Shown here: positions 1 to 9,607 of the stretch, in pieces | How positions within the stretch are numbered: position 1 is the stretch's first letter | Layout of the letters: each line of letters opens with the position of its first letter | Source: Gemmatimonadota bacterium | GTDB taxonomy: Bacteria; Gemmatimonadota; Gemmatimonadetes; Longimicrobiales; Gaopeijiaceae | Length of the DNA: 35,388 bases | Assembly: GCA_039589315.1 (NCBI GenBank) | Contig: JBDHHQ010000050.1 | Coordinates: 1 to 35,388, forward strand | Direction of reading: 5' to 3' | The notes under the pieces: generated by a model | Told to the model about the DNA's origin: nothing | Databases searched by the model: none | What the model saw: the letters and a program-made list of their open reading frames with translations, nothing else | Made by a program: the position numbers and the translations under genes

Positions 1-130
1 CACGGTGAGGTCGGAAGATCAGGAACCGTCGTTTGCCGGCCGGTAGCGGGACACTCCACCGCGCATGCCCGTGGATGTCCGGCCAGACATTCGCGACGGT
101 CATGGTCGAACAGCCGGCCCGTGCGCGGTA

Positions 131-2446
131 CTATCCGCCCAGCCGCTCCACGGCCTCCCGGGCCTCCTGAATCTGGCGAAGGTCCGCGTCACCGAGACGC
201 GTGAGGCTTACCAGGTGCTGCCAGTGCTCGAGAGCACGAGCCGTGTCGCCCCGGGCCTCGTAGGAGCGGGCCAGACCCAGGAGCGCGTGGGAACGATTGT
301 AGGTGAACAGCCCCCCCTGATGGTACTGGATCGCCTCTCCAAACCGCCCTGCCTCGAACTCCAGGTCCGCCAACGCTGCCCGGGCCCGTGCGCCCTCGAT
401 GCCTGAGCGGCCCTCGTAGACGCGGAGCGCCCGGCGGGCCTCGTCGATGTCGCCTCGCTTCCACTGGGCGATGCCCTCCAGGACATCGGCCGTGACGGCC
501 GCATTGGAGCCCGGATCATCGCCGGCCGCCCCTCGGAGGCTCGCGATCGTCCGGTCGAGATCACGCCACCTGCCGGCCCCCGCGAAGTAGCGGCCCAGGA
601 AGAGATGACACCCGCTGTTGAACGGCTCCTCGCACAGATCGGGGGTGGCGAGCTCGGCCAGCGGGCCGTCGGGCTCCACGCCCCACAGCTCGTTGGCGTG
701 GCCGATGTAGATGCCGAGGCTACCCCTGGACACCTGGCCGTCGGTGGCCAGCTCGGCGGCGGGACGGAGAGCGCCGCGGGTCACCCGGTCCCACGTGATC
801 CAATTGTCCCTGGAGGACCCCTGCAGGTCCCCAAGGACCGGCTGGAGCAGCTCGCCCCGGTCGAATCGGTCGGTGGCTTGATGGAAGGTCCCGAAGTAGA
901 GCATCAGCGTGCGATCCGAGCCCCCACGCGCCGCCTCGATGGCAGCGGCGGCCTCGGCCGAATCACCCAGGATGACCGGGATGGCCAGCTGTATGTGCTC
1001 GTAGCCCCGGAGGTGCCCCGAGAGCTCTTCCGCCCGGGCGATCGTGGCCTCGGCCAATTCGCGATCGCCCCGGATGACAGCCCATTCCGCCACATGCACC
1101 AGGTAGGGGGCAAAGTTGGGGTCCAGGGCCACGGACCGGTCCAGGGCTTCCTGGATGTCCTCGGCGGTGGCGAACGTAGGGCCGCTCATGTGGATGTAGG
1201 TCTCGGCCAACAGGAACCACGCCTCGGGGTCGTCCGGGTACTTCTGCACGGCCTCTTTCAGCACGGGCAGGCCGTCCGATGTACCCTGGTTGAGCGCCTG
1301 CCAGGCATCCATGATGAACTGGTAGCGAGGCGGTAAGCGGTCCACATAGGCCATGGCTTTCGCGCCGTACTCCTGCATGCGGTCGCTGCTTTGATCCTCC
1401 AGCCAGCCATAGGCCTCAGACAGGCGGATCAATGCGATGGCGAACGTCGAGTCGGCGGCCACGGCCCGTTCGAAGCTCTGCACGGCTTCGGCGAAGTCGC
1501 CGCGCCTGTAGTGCCGCTCGCCCTCGAGAAAGTCGCGCAGCGCGTCGAGGGACTCGGTCGTCAGGGTCTCGGCCGTGAGATCCCCGGCACCTTCCCGACC
1601 GGTGGTCTGGAGGAACGACCGCATGGTCCCGACGGCCAGGTTGTCTACCAGCTGGAGCACCTGGTCGGCGGGCCCCTCCACCCGGCCCTGGGCGATCTCC
1701 TCACCGGTGTCCAGGTCGTGCACGTTGGTGACCAGCCGGACCTCGTCGCCGATCCCCACGACGCTGCCCGTGAGGGCGTAGCGGGCCCCGGTGGCGCCAG
1801 CCACCCTGAGCGCTCCGTCGAGATCCACGGCCTCGTCGTCGCCGACGAGCTCCTGCCAGCGTGCCATGACGGTGCGGGCATCGATGGTCCGGTAGCCACC
1901 CACCCCATCCAGGTTGTTGGCGAGGAGATCCATCATGCCTTCGCGCCAGATGTCCAGATCCTGGCCACGGACATCGAAGGGGATCACCGCGATCCCTTCG
2001 GCTGCGCCGACCGCAACCACCTCGGTCGGGCCCAGCCCCATGGTTCGCCCGCCGAAGCCCACGTACAGGCCCGCGCCGCCGAAGAGCAGCGAAAGGGCAA
2101 CCACGCCGCCCATGATCGCGCGGCCCCAGGTGAGGTGGGGAAGCCTGCCGGACTTGAGGCTGTCCAACACGTCTCCCGGGGCGATCTCCCAATCCGTGGG
2201 CAGCTCGCCGGCCTGCTCACCCGCCGTCGTCGACGGCAGGGCCTGTACCCACGCCGTGGCCAGGATGATCACCAGGCCGATGAGGAGGAGGAGCACCGCC
2301 AACGCGGAAACCCACTGAGGCAGCGCGACGGCGTCCTGGAGAACGTCGGCGATCTGCAGCACGACCCACGACGCCCCCAGGTAGACCAGGAGCACTTGGA
2401 CGATGCGGGCCCGCTTGAGGCGAGTGATCAGGGAGGGCTCTGACAT
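131..2446 (-). CDS. Membrane-anchored TolB-like/TPR repeat protein (3 N-terminal TM helices, TolB-N/FlgO-like domain, TPR/helical C-terminus)
   Basis: N-terminal RIVQVLLVYLGASWVVLQIADV membrane segment; IAVIPFDV...GMMDLLANNL...ALTGSV TolB-like domain; TPR-like repeats (AVQSFERAVAADSTFA, AVQKYPDDPEAW). Start set at ATG 2446, which has a -10-like TAGATT 7 nt upstream. Confidence 0.75.
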   Translation of the reverse strand: MSEPSLITRLKRARIVQVLLVYLGASWVVLQIADVLQDAVALPQWVSALAVLLLLIGLVIILATAWVQALPSTTAGEQAGELPTDWEIAPGDVLDSLKSGRLPHLTWGRAIMGGVVALSLLFGGAGLYVGFGGRTMGLGPTEVVAVGAAEGIAVIPFDVRGQDLDIWREGMMDLLANNLDGVGGYRTIDARTVMARWQELVGDDEAVDLDGALRVAGATGARYALTGSVVGIGDEVRLVTNVHDLDTGEEIAQGRVEGPADQVLQLVDNLAVGTMRSFLQTTGREGAGDLTAETLTTESLDALRDFLEGERHYRRGDFAEAVQSFERAVAADSTFAIALIRLSEAYGWLEDQSSDRMQEYGAKAMAYVDRLPPRYQFIMDAWQALNQGTSDGLPVLKEAVQKYPDDPEAWFLLAETYIHMSGPTFATAEDIQEALDRSVALDPNFAPYLVHVAEWAVIRGDRELAEATIARAEELSGHLRGYEHIQLAIPVILGDSAEAAAAIEAARGGSDRTLMLYFGTFHQATDRFDRGELLQPVLGDLQGSSRDNWITWDRVTRGALRPAAELATDGQVSRGSLGIYIGHANELWGVEPDGPLAELATPDLCEEPFNSGCHLFLGRYFAGAGRWRDLDRTIASLRGAAGDDPGSNAAVTADVLEGIAQWKRGDIDEARRALRVYEGRSGIEGARARAALADLEFEAGRFGEAIQYHQGGLFTYNRSHALLGLARSYEARGDTARALEHWQHLVSLTRLGDADLRQIQEAREAVERLGG

Positions 2447-2453
2447 GACCGCC

Positions 2454-2482
2454 AATCTAGGACGCCGGGGACCGACGTCGAA
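2454..2482 (-). promoter_or_regulatory. Putative sigma70 promoter giving a leaderless transcript of the TPR protein
   Basis: Minus strand reads TTCGAC-17 nt-TAGATT-7 nt-ATG; no Shine-Dalgarno before the ATG. Confidence 0.45.
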
Positions 2483-2613
2483 AGCTCCTCGTACACGCGT
2501 CCCCGCGTGTTCCGGTCACTTATGGCGCGAAAAGCCGGTGGCGTATTACGGTCAGAGCCGATTGGTGAGGAGCCACCTACAACCTCGCGGCGAGGTTACA
2601 CCCAGGAGGGGAC

Positions 2614-3042
2614 GTGAACGAGCAGCAGGAGCTCAGCAGCACCGTCGAAGGCCGTGACGGCATCAAGGTCATCAGGGGAAGCGGCACGTGGCGGGGTTGG
2701 AACGGCATTCGCTACAAGACGGGCATGTCCGGAAAGAACGTCGGGGCCCGCGAGCTCTCCATGAACGTCGCGACGATTCCTCCCGGTGGCGTGGCCCGGG
2801 CCCACATCCACGTGGGCTTCGAGGTCATGCTGTACATCCTTCAGGGCGACGTCCGTCACGAGTACGGCGACGGGCTCAGGCAGGTCGTCGAGAACACCGC
2901 GGGTGACTTCATCTTCATCGAGCCCGGCGTCCCCCACGAGGTGTTCAACATGAGCGACACGGACGAGGTGGTCGCCGTCGTGGCCCGTTCCGACGCTTCC
3001 GAGTGGGAGAACATCATCGACTACGTGAGGCTCGAGTCGTGA
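2614..3042 (+). CDS. Cupin domain protein (RmlC-like, metal-binding)
   Basis: Cupin motifs AHIHVGFEVMLYILQG and GDFIFIEPGVPHE; SD AGGAGG at 2604-2609 before GTG. Confidence 0.85.
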   Translation: MNEQQELSSTVEGRDGIKVIRGSGTWRGWNGIRYKTGMSGKNVGARELSMNVATIPPGGVARAHIHVGFEVMLYILQGDVRHEYGDGLRQVVENTAGDFIFIEPGVPHEVFNMSDTDEVVAVVARSDASEWENIIDYVRLES

Positions 3043-5168
3043 CGGTACTGGAGGCTCCCTCCGAAGGCCACATACGGACTCGTCCCGGCCTCGATCGAAG
3101 CTCCCGGGCGCCCCGGCTGGGGGCGCTGCTTCTGGCGACCGCGGCCTCGGCGGCCCTCGCCTCGCCAGCGGCCGCCCAGACGGGTGAAGGCCGCACGCTC
3201 GAGGTAGACGACCTCTTCGAGCTGCTAGGCGTCGGCGACCCTCGGATCTCGCCCGACGGTGACTGGGTCGCGTACACCGTCACGACCACGAGCCTCGAGG
3301 ACGAGCAGTCCGTGACACGCGTCTGGATGATCCCGTTCGAGGGTGGCACGGCCCTGCCCATGACCCGTGAGGCCGTTTCGGCCCGCGCCCCTAGATGGAG
3401 CCCCGACGGTCGCTTGCTCTCCTTTCTCTCGAGCAGCGGCGGCGGGAGCGACGATGTCGACGACTACGACGATGCCCAGACTCAGGTGTGGGCGCTGGAC
3501 CGGCGCGGCGGCGAGGCGCGGCCCCTCACCGACGTGGAGCAGGGCGTGAGCGCATACGCCTGGTCGCCCGACGGCACCCGCCTGGCGCTCACGATCCGGG
3601 ATGGGGAGGAGGAGCACGAGGGTGAGACCGAGCCTCCGTGGGTGATCGACCGGCTCCAGTTCAAGCGGGATCGCCGGGGCTACCTCGACCGGCGGCGCAC
3701 CCACGTGTACGTCTTCGACCTGGAAGCTGGCGAGCTCACGCAGCTCACGGACGGTGACTTCGACGACAGCGCCCCTGCGTGGAGCCCGGACGGTCGCTGG
3801 ATCGCGTTCGTCAGCAACCGGACCGACGACCCCGACGCCAACGACAACGACGACATCTGGCTCGTTGCCGCCGACGCGACCGTGGACGCTGGGCTCCGGC
3901 AGGTCACCACGAGCCCCGGTGCGGATGGCGCACCCAGCTGGAGCCCCGACGGCCGGTGGATTACCCACACGACCGTGACCGAGCCGGAGCTCATCTGGTA
4001 CGCCACCGAGCATCTGGCCATCACGGCCGTCGAGGGCGCCCAGACGCGTGTCCTCACGCTCGACCTGGACCGGAACGTGAGCGCCCCCCGCTTCTCCGGA
4101 GACGGCTCCCAGATCTACACCAGGCTCGAGGACAGCGCCGAGGATCATCTGGTCCGGGTGGCTGTTGCAGACGGTACCGTGCAGCGAGACGTGGACGGCC
4201 CGGTGAGCATACGAGCGTTCGACCTCGGGCCGGACGACCGGCGCGTTCTATTGATGGGCAGCCTGCTGCGCCCTGACGAAGTCTTCGCGGCGGAGGCAGA
4301 GGCACCGGGTCTCCGCCAGCTCTCCGCCGTCAACGACGCTTGGCTCTCGGAACTCCGCCTCGGGTCGGTGCAGGGCTTCACGTTCGAAAGCGCCGACGGC
4401 ACCGAGGTCGAGGGCTTCCTCTTCCTTCCGCCCGACTACCAGGAGGGCCAGCGGTACCCGACCCTACTCCGCATTCACGGTGGCCCGGTCTCGCAGTACC
4501 GGCACCGGTTCTACTTCGATCAACACCTGTTCGCGGCCAGGGGCTACGCCGTGGTGATCACCAATCCCCGTGGCTCGTCGGGGTACGGTCAGGACTTCTC
4601 GGCGGAGCTTTGGGCCGACTGGGGCAACAAGGACTTCCAGGACGTCATGGCCGGCGTGGATTGGGCCGTGGACCATGGGTACGCGGACCCGGACCGGTTG
4701 GGCGTCGGCGGATGGTCGTACGGCGGCATCTTGACGAACTATGTCATCACGCAGACCGATCGGTTCAAAGGGGCCGTCACGGGCGCGAGCGAGGTGCTCT
4801 ACGCGGCCAACTACGGCCACGACCACTATCAGCGCGAGTGGGAGGCGGAGCTGGGCCTGCCGTGGGAGAATCGCGAGGCGTGGGAGCGCATCTCGCCCTT
4901 CAACAAGGTCCAGAACATAACGACGCCAACGCTGATCATGGGCGGTGAGAAGGACTGGAACGTGCCGATTCTCAACTCCGAGCAGCTCTACCAGGCCCTC
5001 AAGCGGAGAGGGGTGGAGACGCTCCTGGTCGTCTACCCGGGACAGAGCCATAGCATCCGGAGGCCGTCCTATCAGAAGGACCGCCTGGAGCGGTACCTGG
5101 ACTGGTACGACCGCTTCGTCACGAACGCCGGCGCGGAGCCGGTGACACAGGAGGAAGGAAGCCCGTGA
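3039..5168 (+). CDS. S9 family peptidase (dipeptidyl aminopeptidase/acylaminoacyl peptidase), secreted
   Basis: Signal peptide (LLLATAASAALASPAAAQ), repeated WSPDG beta-propeller blades, GGWSYGG nucleophile elbow, KDWNVP Asp, QSHSI His. GTG 3039 overlaps the cupin stop (GTGA). Confidence 0.92.
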   Translation: MTVLEAPSEGHIRTRPGLDRSSRAPRLGALLLATAASAALASPAAAQTGEGRTLEVDDLFELLGVGDPRISPDGDWVAYTVTTTSLEDEQSVTRVWMIPFEGGTALPMTREAVSARAPRWSPDGRLLSFLSSSGGGSDDVDDYDDAQTQVWALDRRGGEARPLTDVEQGVSAYAWSPDGTRLALTIRDGEEEHEGETEPPWVIDRLQFKRDRRGYLDRRRTHVYVFDLEAGELTQLTDGDFDDSAPAWSPDGRWIAFVSNRTDDPDANDNDDIWLVAADATVDAGLRQVTTSPGADGAPSWSPDGRWITHTTVTEPELIWYATEHLAITAVEGAQTRVLTLDLDRNVSAPRFSGDGSQIYTRLEDSAEDHLVRVAVADGTVQRDVDGPVSIRAFDLGPDDRRVLLMGSLLRPDEVFAAEAEAPGLRQLSAVNDAWLSELRLGSVQGFTFESADGTEVEGFLFLPPDYQEGQRYPTLLRIHGGPVSQYRHRFYFDQHLFAARGYAVVITNPRGSSGYGQDFSAELWADWGNKDFQDVMAGVDWAVDHGYADPDRLGVGGWSYGGILTNYVITQTDRFKGAVTGASEVLYAANYGHDHYQREWEAELGLPWENREAWERISPFNKVQNITTPTLIMGGEKDWNVPILNSEQLYQALKRRGVETLLVVYPGQSHSIRRPSYQKDRLERYLDWYDRFVTNAGAEPVTQEEGSP

Positions 5169-6427
5169 TGATCCGACCAATGGTGCGTACGACGTTGGCC
5201 GCCGCCTGCGCTCTCCTGCTCTTCGGGGGCGGCGCCTCCGCGCAGCAGGACGCCACCGAGCCGACATACCTGCTGGGTGCCAACGTGCTGAACGGCATCG
5301 ACCCGGAGCCGATCCGGGAGGCCACGGTGGTCGTGGTGGACGGCAGGATCGAGCGGGTCGAGGCCGGCCGGTCCGCCGTCCCGGCGGGCGCCCGTGCCTA
5401 CGACCTGTCGGGGCTGTGGATCGTGCCGGGCCTCACGGACGCCCACAGCCACGTCAACACGCTGGAAGGGGTCCAGCGGGCCCTGGAGTCGGGGGTCACG
5501 CTGATCCGCACCGCCGGGGTCGGCGGCTACGCCGACGTGGCGATTCGTGACCTCGTACGGGCTGGCACCCTGCCAGGGCCCGACATCCTGGCGACGGGGG
5601 TATACGTCACCCCGGACATCGGGGACGCCGTCCTCGCCGATCCGGACCTGTATCCCCTGGCGGGCGGCGTCCGGACGCCCGAGGAGCTGCGTCTCCTGGT
5701 CCGCACCAACCTGAAGCACGGCGTCGATTGGATGAAGACGCGCGGGACGGAGCGAGCCGGCCTGCCCGAGACGGATCCCCGGGAGCAGGTCTACAGCGAG
5801 GAGCAGCTTCGGATCGTCGTGGAGGAGGCCGCCCTCGCCGGCGTGTCGATCCACGCCCACGCCCACGGCGACGAGGGAATCCGTGCCGCCGTCCTCGCCG
5901 GGGTAAAGAGCATCGAGCACGGCACCTATGCGACCGAGGAGACCCTCCAGCTCATGCGTGAGCGGGGCACCTTCCTCGTGCCCACCCTCAGCTCCATCTC
6001 GTCGTTCGGGCAGTCCGGCGACTACGCCGACCCGCGGCTGTTTCTCCGGGGTCTGCACATGGCACCACGCCGTCGCGAAGCGGTGCGGCGAGCCAATGAG
6101 CTGGGCATTCCCATCGTGACAGGCGCTGACACGTCGTACGGGCCCGAGAGCTTCGCGCGCATCAGTCGCGAGGTCGGCTTCCTGGTGGATCAGGGCGTAT
6201 CCACCTGGGATGCGCTCCGGGGTGCTACGAGCCTGGCGGCGGAGCTCCTGGGCGTGGCCGACCGGACCGGCTCCATCCGACCAGGGCTGGAAGCAGACCT
6301 GCTGGTCATCGACCGGAACCCGATCGAGGACGTCCGTGCCCTGCAGGACGCCTTGATGGTGATGAGCAACGGCCACGTCGTCGTGAACCGCCTGCCGTTC
6401 GGCGTCCGGCCGGCGACGGAGGAGTAG
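5165..6427 (+). CDS. Metal-dependent amidohydrolase family protein (prolidase/Xaa-Pro dipeptidase-like), secreted
   Basis: Signal peptide; PGLTDAHSH, WMKT, HAHAHG, SIEHG, GADT and GSIRPGLEADLL motifs; start overlaps the S9 stop. Confidence 0.88.
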   Translation: MMIRPMVRTTLAAACALLLFGGGASAQQDATEPTYLLGANVLNGIDPEPIREATVVVVDGRIERVEAGRSAVPAGARAYDLSGLWIVPGLTDAHSHVNTLEGVQRALESGVTLIRTAGVGGYADVAIRDLVRAGTLPGPDILATGVYVTPDIGDAVLADPDLYPLAGGVRTPEELRLLVRTNLKHGVDWMKTRGTERAGLPETDPREQVYSEEQLRIVVEEAALAGVSIHAHAHGDEGIRAAVLAGVKSIEHGTYATEETLQLMRERGTFLVPTLSSISSFGQSGDYADPRLFLRGLHMAPRRREAVRRANELGIPIVTGADTSYGPESFARISREVGFLVDQGVSTWDALRGATSLAAELLGVADRTGSIRPGLEADLLVIDRNPIEDVRALQDALMVMSNGHVVVNRLPFGVRPATEE

Positions 6428-6448
6428 GCCGTACGCACCTCGCGGCCA

Positions 6449-7003
6449 TCAGACCTTTTTCAGCCGGTCGGCGTAGCGCTGCCGGAGCTTCGCCACCTTC
6501 GGGCTGATGACGGCGCGGCAATACGCTTGATCCGGGTTGCTCCGGTAGTACTCCCGGTGGTAGGCCTCGGCGGGGTAGAACGTCTCCAGGGGCGCGACCT
6601 CGGTGACGATGGGATCATCGAAGACCGCTTCGGTCTCCAGGTCCTGGATCAACGCTTCGGCCACCGTCCGCTGCAGGTCCGAGTGGGTGAGGATCACCGA
6701 TCGGTACTGGGTGCCGACATCGGCGCCCTGGCGGTTGCGCGTCGTCGGGTCGTGGGTCGCGAAGAACACGCCCAGAAGGTCGCCGTACGCCAGGATCTGG
6801 GGATCGAACCGGATCTGCACGACCTCGGCGTGCCCCGTGGAGCCGGAGCAAACCTCCTGGTAGCTGGGGTCAGGGAGATGACCGCCGGCGTAGCCGGACT
6901 CCACCGACTCCACGCCCTCCAGCTGTTCGAAGACGGCTTCGAGGCACCAGAAGCAGCCTCCACCGAGCGTCGCGATACCCTCCGTCCTCGTTGCCTCAAC
7001 CAT
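6449..7003 (-). CDS. msrA: Peptide-methionine (S)-S-oxide reductase
   Basis: GGGCFWCLE, VCSGSTGHAEVV, HDPTTRNRQGADVGTQYRS and FYPAEAYHREYY motifs; ATG 7003 preceded by GGAGGACGAGGGG. Confidence 0.96.
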   Translation of the reverse strand: MVEATRTEGIATLGGGCFWCLEAVFEQLEGVESVESGYAGGHLPDPSYQEVCSGSTGHAEVVQIRFDPQILAYGDLLGVFFATHDPTTRNRQGADVGTQYRSVILTHSDLQRTVAEALIQDLETEAVFDDPIVTEVAPLETFYPAEAYHREYYRSNPDQAYCRAVISPKVAKLRQRYADRLKKV

Positions 7004-7061
7004 CCCCTCGTCCTCCTGGAGAGTCCTCGTTCGTCGTGTCGGAGCCGACCACCCGATCCCG

Positions 7062-8351
7062 TCAGGCTTCGAGGGTCGTGGCCTTCGCGCGGCGTTCGGC
7101 CAGGTGCGTGAGAGCCCAGGCGAGCCCCAGGTGCGCCGGGACGGCAATCGCCACGAAGGCACCGTTCCGCTGGTCGATGCCGGGCAGGACCTGCGCCAAC
7201 AGACCTACTACCGCGAGGCTCGCGGTGATCCAAGCCAACGTCCTGGTGAACCGCGGGGGTGCCGTACGAAGAACGGTCAGAGGAACGCCCACCGCCAGGA
7301 TCACGGAGAAGGGACTCATCTGCAGGATGTTCTCGTTCCCGTACATCCACACGTGGTCGGTCCAGTGGACGAAGAACAGGATCAGCCCTACCACACCAGC
7401 CAGTAGCGACCACGCTCCCCCCAGTGCCGCAAGGGGCAGGCGCCCGAGGGTCCGCGAGCGGGCCGCCAGCATGCCCAGCGCCACGAACGCCCCTCCCACG
7501 AGCAGGCCCACGAGCAGGAACGTGGGCCAGACGCGCGGGGGCACCTCGGCCGGAGGTGGCCTGGTGCCTTCATACAGTTGCCTGCTGCCCGCGACCAGGG
7601 GCGTCTGGCCGCCGGATCCGTCCGGCACCGTGACCTCGAGGAGCCGGTCCCGCATGTAGATGGGTGTGAACATCTGCTCCCATTGGGACCGGTCCGCGTC
7701 GCCTCGCGGGCCCAGCAGCAGGTCGATGCCCAGGTAGTCCAGGATGGCCCGCCGGGTGAGTCGTCCGGTCTCGTGCCGATAACCGAACCCCGCCGAGGTA
7801 TCGCCGAACTGCGCTTCGAGTGCCCCACCCAGTATCCGGTCCAGCGCGTCTCGCACCCGCGTCGAGCAGTTGTCGACGAAGTAGTCGTACTGGTAGAAGC
7901 GGTTCTCCGGTAACGCGTTCCACTCGATGAAGCGTTGCAGCTCCCTCGCCTGCTCCTGGGTCAGGGCCAGCTCATCGAGCCACACCGATCGATCCTGCCG
8001 CTCATAGGCGCGCACCGTGCCGCCTGCATCGAACCCGTCCATCCAGTACATCATCTCGCCCCGGAGGAAGCGGGGCACGAAGTCGGCCTGGTTGAAGTCG
8101 AACAACCCCCAGTTCCAGGCCACGCGGGTACCCTTCTCGGGATCCTGAATGACCAGCGCATTGTGTCCGAAGTGCTCCCAGATGGCTCCACCTTGCCCCA
8201 TGGTCATGAGATAGATCCTGACATCCCCCGACGGTGCCGGCGCTGCATCGACGATTGAATCCGCGGGCACCCGGTCACCCGATTGGGCACCGAGCGAGAC
8301 AGGCGTGCCCGTCAGTACGACGGCCAAGGCCAGGGCCCGGGCGCGCCTCAA
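7062..8351 (-). CDS. DUF4105 / Lnb N-terminal-like domain membrane protein
   Basis: Signal peptide MRRARALALAVVLTG; FGHNAL, WNWGLFDF and YQYDYFVDNCSTRVRD motifs; several C-terminal TM helices. TTG 8351 overlaps the kynU stop (TTGA). The upstream extension in the ORF track overlaps kynU and is not credible. Confidence 0.8.
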   Translation of the reverse strand: MRRARALALAVVLTGTPVSLGAQSGDRVPADSIVDAAPAPSGDVRIYLMTMGQGGAIWEHFGHNALVIQDPEKGTRVAWNWGLFDFNQADFVPRFLRGEMMYWMDGFDAGGTVRAYERQDRSVWLDELALTQEQARELQRFIEWNALPENRFYQYDYFVDNCSTRVRDALDRILGGALEAQFGDTSAGFGYRHETGRLTRRAILDYLGIDLLLGPRGDADRSQWEQMFTPIYMRDRLLEVTVPDGSGGQTPLVAGSRQLYEGTRPPPAEVPPRVWPTFLLVGLLVGGAFVALGMLAARSRTLGRLPLAALGGAWSLLAGVVGLILFFVHWTDHVWMYGNENILQMSPFSVILAVGVPLTVLRTAPPRFTRTLAWITASLAVVGLLAQVLPGIDQRNGAFVAIAVPAHLGLAWALTHLAERRAKATTLEA

Positions 8352-9607
8352 TGCTCCACCCCTCGAATCACCTCTCCCAGGTGACCCACCGCGTCCAGCA
8401 GCTGTCGGTCCGTTAGATACGGCGCGGGGCCCAGCCGCAGCACGTCGTCGCGGAAGTCGGTGTGAACGCCCCGCTCCCTCAACGCTGCCGAGATCCTGCC
8501 GGCCGCGGGCGCCCGAAGCGCGAGGAAGCCACCGACCGCCTCGAGGGGCACCGAGCGAGCCCGACCGAGAACGGCGGGATCCGCATCCAGCTCGTCGACC
8601 GCCTGCGCCAACAGACCCACCTGATGCTGACTGACTTGCCGAAGGAACGCGGGGGCCAGTCCGCGATCCTCGAAAAACTGCAAGACTGCGGCGGCCCGGT
8701 AATGGCTCACGGGATCGTAGGTGGAGCCAGCGAACCGGTCGGCACCTTCGCCGTACACGACCCCCGGGGACGAGGGATCGGCCAGCGCCGTGAATTCGGC
8801 GAACCATCCCGTGATCGCCGGGCGTAGGCGACATCCCGAGGGGATGCGGAGGAAGCAGTTCCCTTCGCCGAGCTGACAGTACTTGTAGCCGCCGCCCACT
8901 ACGAAGGCGTCCCCGAGACCAGCCTCAGCCAGCCCCATTGGGATGACGTTCACCTCGTGGTAGGCGTCCACGAGAAGCTGCGCGTCCACGCGCGCGCAGC
9001 GCTCGGCCACCCGGTCCAGCCCAGGGACGATCCGGGCGTTCCTGAACAGCACCGACGACACGAGTACGGCCGCCACGCGGTCGTCTACCGCCTCGATCAA
9101 CCGGTCGGCGATGGCCTCGACCGGATCGGCCGGGACCTTCACCACGTCCAGTCCCTCTTCGGCGAAACGGTCGAGCTGGCGCCGGATCGTGTGGAACTCC
9201 CCGTCGGTGGTGATCACCCGGCGCCGCCGCCGGAGGGGCAGCGCCGAGAGGAAGCGAAGCACGAGCTCGTGGGTGTTGTTGCCGAGGGCGATTCGACCGT
9301 TGGGGTCCCCCAGGAGCCGCCGATACCCGGCCCGCACCCGCTCGGCCCGCTCCAACGCCAGGTCCCACTTGGCGTCTACGTGCTCCGCGGCGTCCAGCCA
9401 CGCCTCCTTCTGGGCCTCGTACCCCACGTCCGGCCAGGCTTGATGGGAGTGGCCCGTGAGCAGCAGGCGCTCCCCCACACGAAAGTGGGAGTAGTGAGCC
9501 GCCAGGGCGTTGGGCGAGGCCTGCAGCTCTCCGAGCTCGAGCGGCGCTGCGGCCGCAGAGCGGGTGGAATGCGTCGTCGCGGTCAGAAGTCGCTCCGAAT
9601 GGCCCAC
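8348..9607 (-). CDS. kynU: Kynureninase (PLP-dependent, class V aminotransferase fold)
   Basis: LLLTGHSHQAWPD, DGEFHTIRRQL, LLVDAYH, GGGYKYCQLGEG (PLP Lys) and TDFRDDVLRLGPAPY motifs; directly downstream of TDO. Start uncertain (GTG 9607 or CTG 9586). Confidence 0.85.
   Translation of the reverse strand: MGHSERLLTATTHSTRSAAAAPLELGELQASPNALAAHYSHFRVGERLLLTGHSHQAWPDVGYEAQKEAWLDAAEHVDAKWDLALERAERVRAGYRRLLGDPNGRIALGNNTHELVLRFLSALPLRRRRRVITTDGEFHTIRRQLDRFAEEGLDVVKVPADPVEAIADRLIEAVDDRVAAVLVSSVLFRNARIVPGLDRVAERCARVDAQLLVDAYHEVNVIPMGLAEAGLGDAFVVGGGYKYCQLGEGNCFLRIPSGCRLRPAITGWFAEFTALADPSSPGVVYGEGADRFAGSTYDPVSHYRAAAVLQFFEDRGLAPAFLRQVSQHQVGLLAQAVDELDADPAVLGRARSVPLEAVGGFLALRAPAAGRISAALRERGVHTDFRDDVLRLGPAPYLTDRQLLDAVGHLGEVIRGVEH

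Noticed and set aside
1..130. Possible gene start at the left edge
   Set aside because: Too short, and no recognisable coding or RNA signal.
3390..3960. Repeated TGGAGCCC(C/G)GACGG-like sequences
   Set aside because: They encode the WSPDG propeller blades of the S9 peptidase; irregular spacing, so not a CRISPR or DNA repeat.
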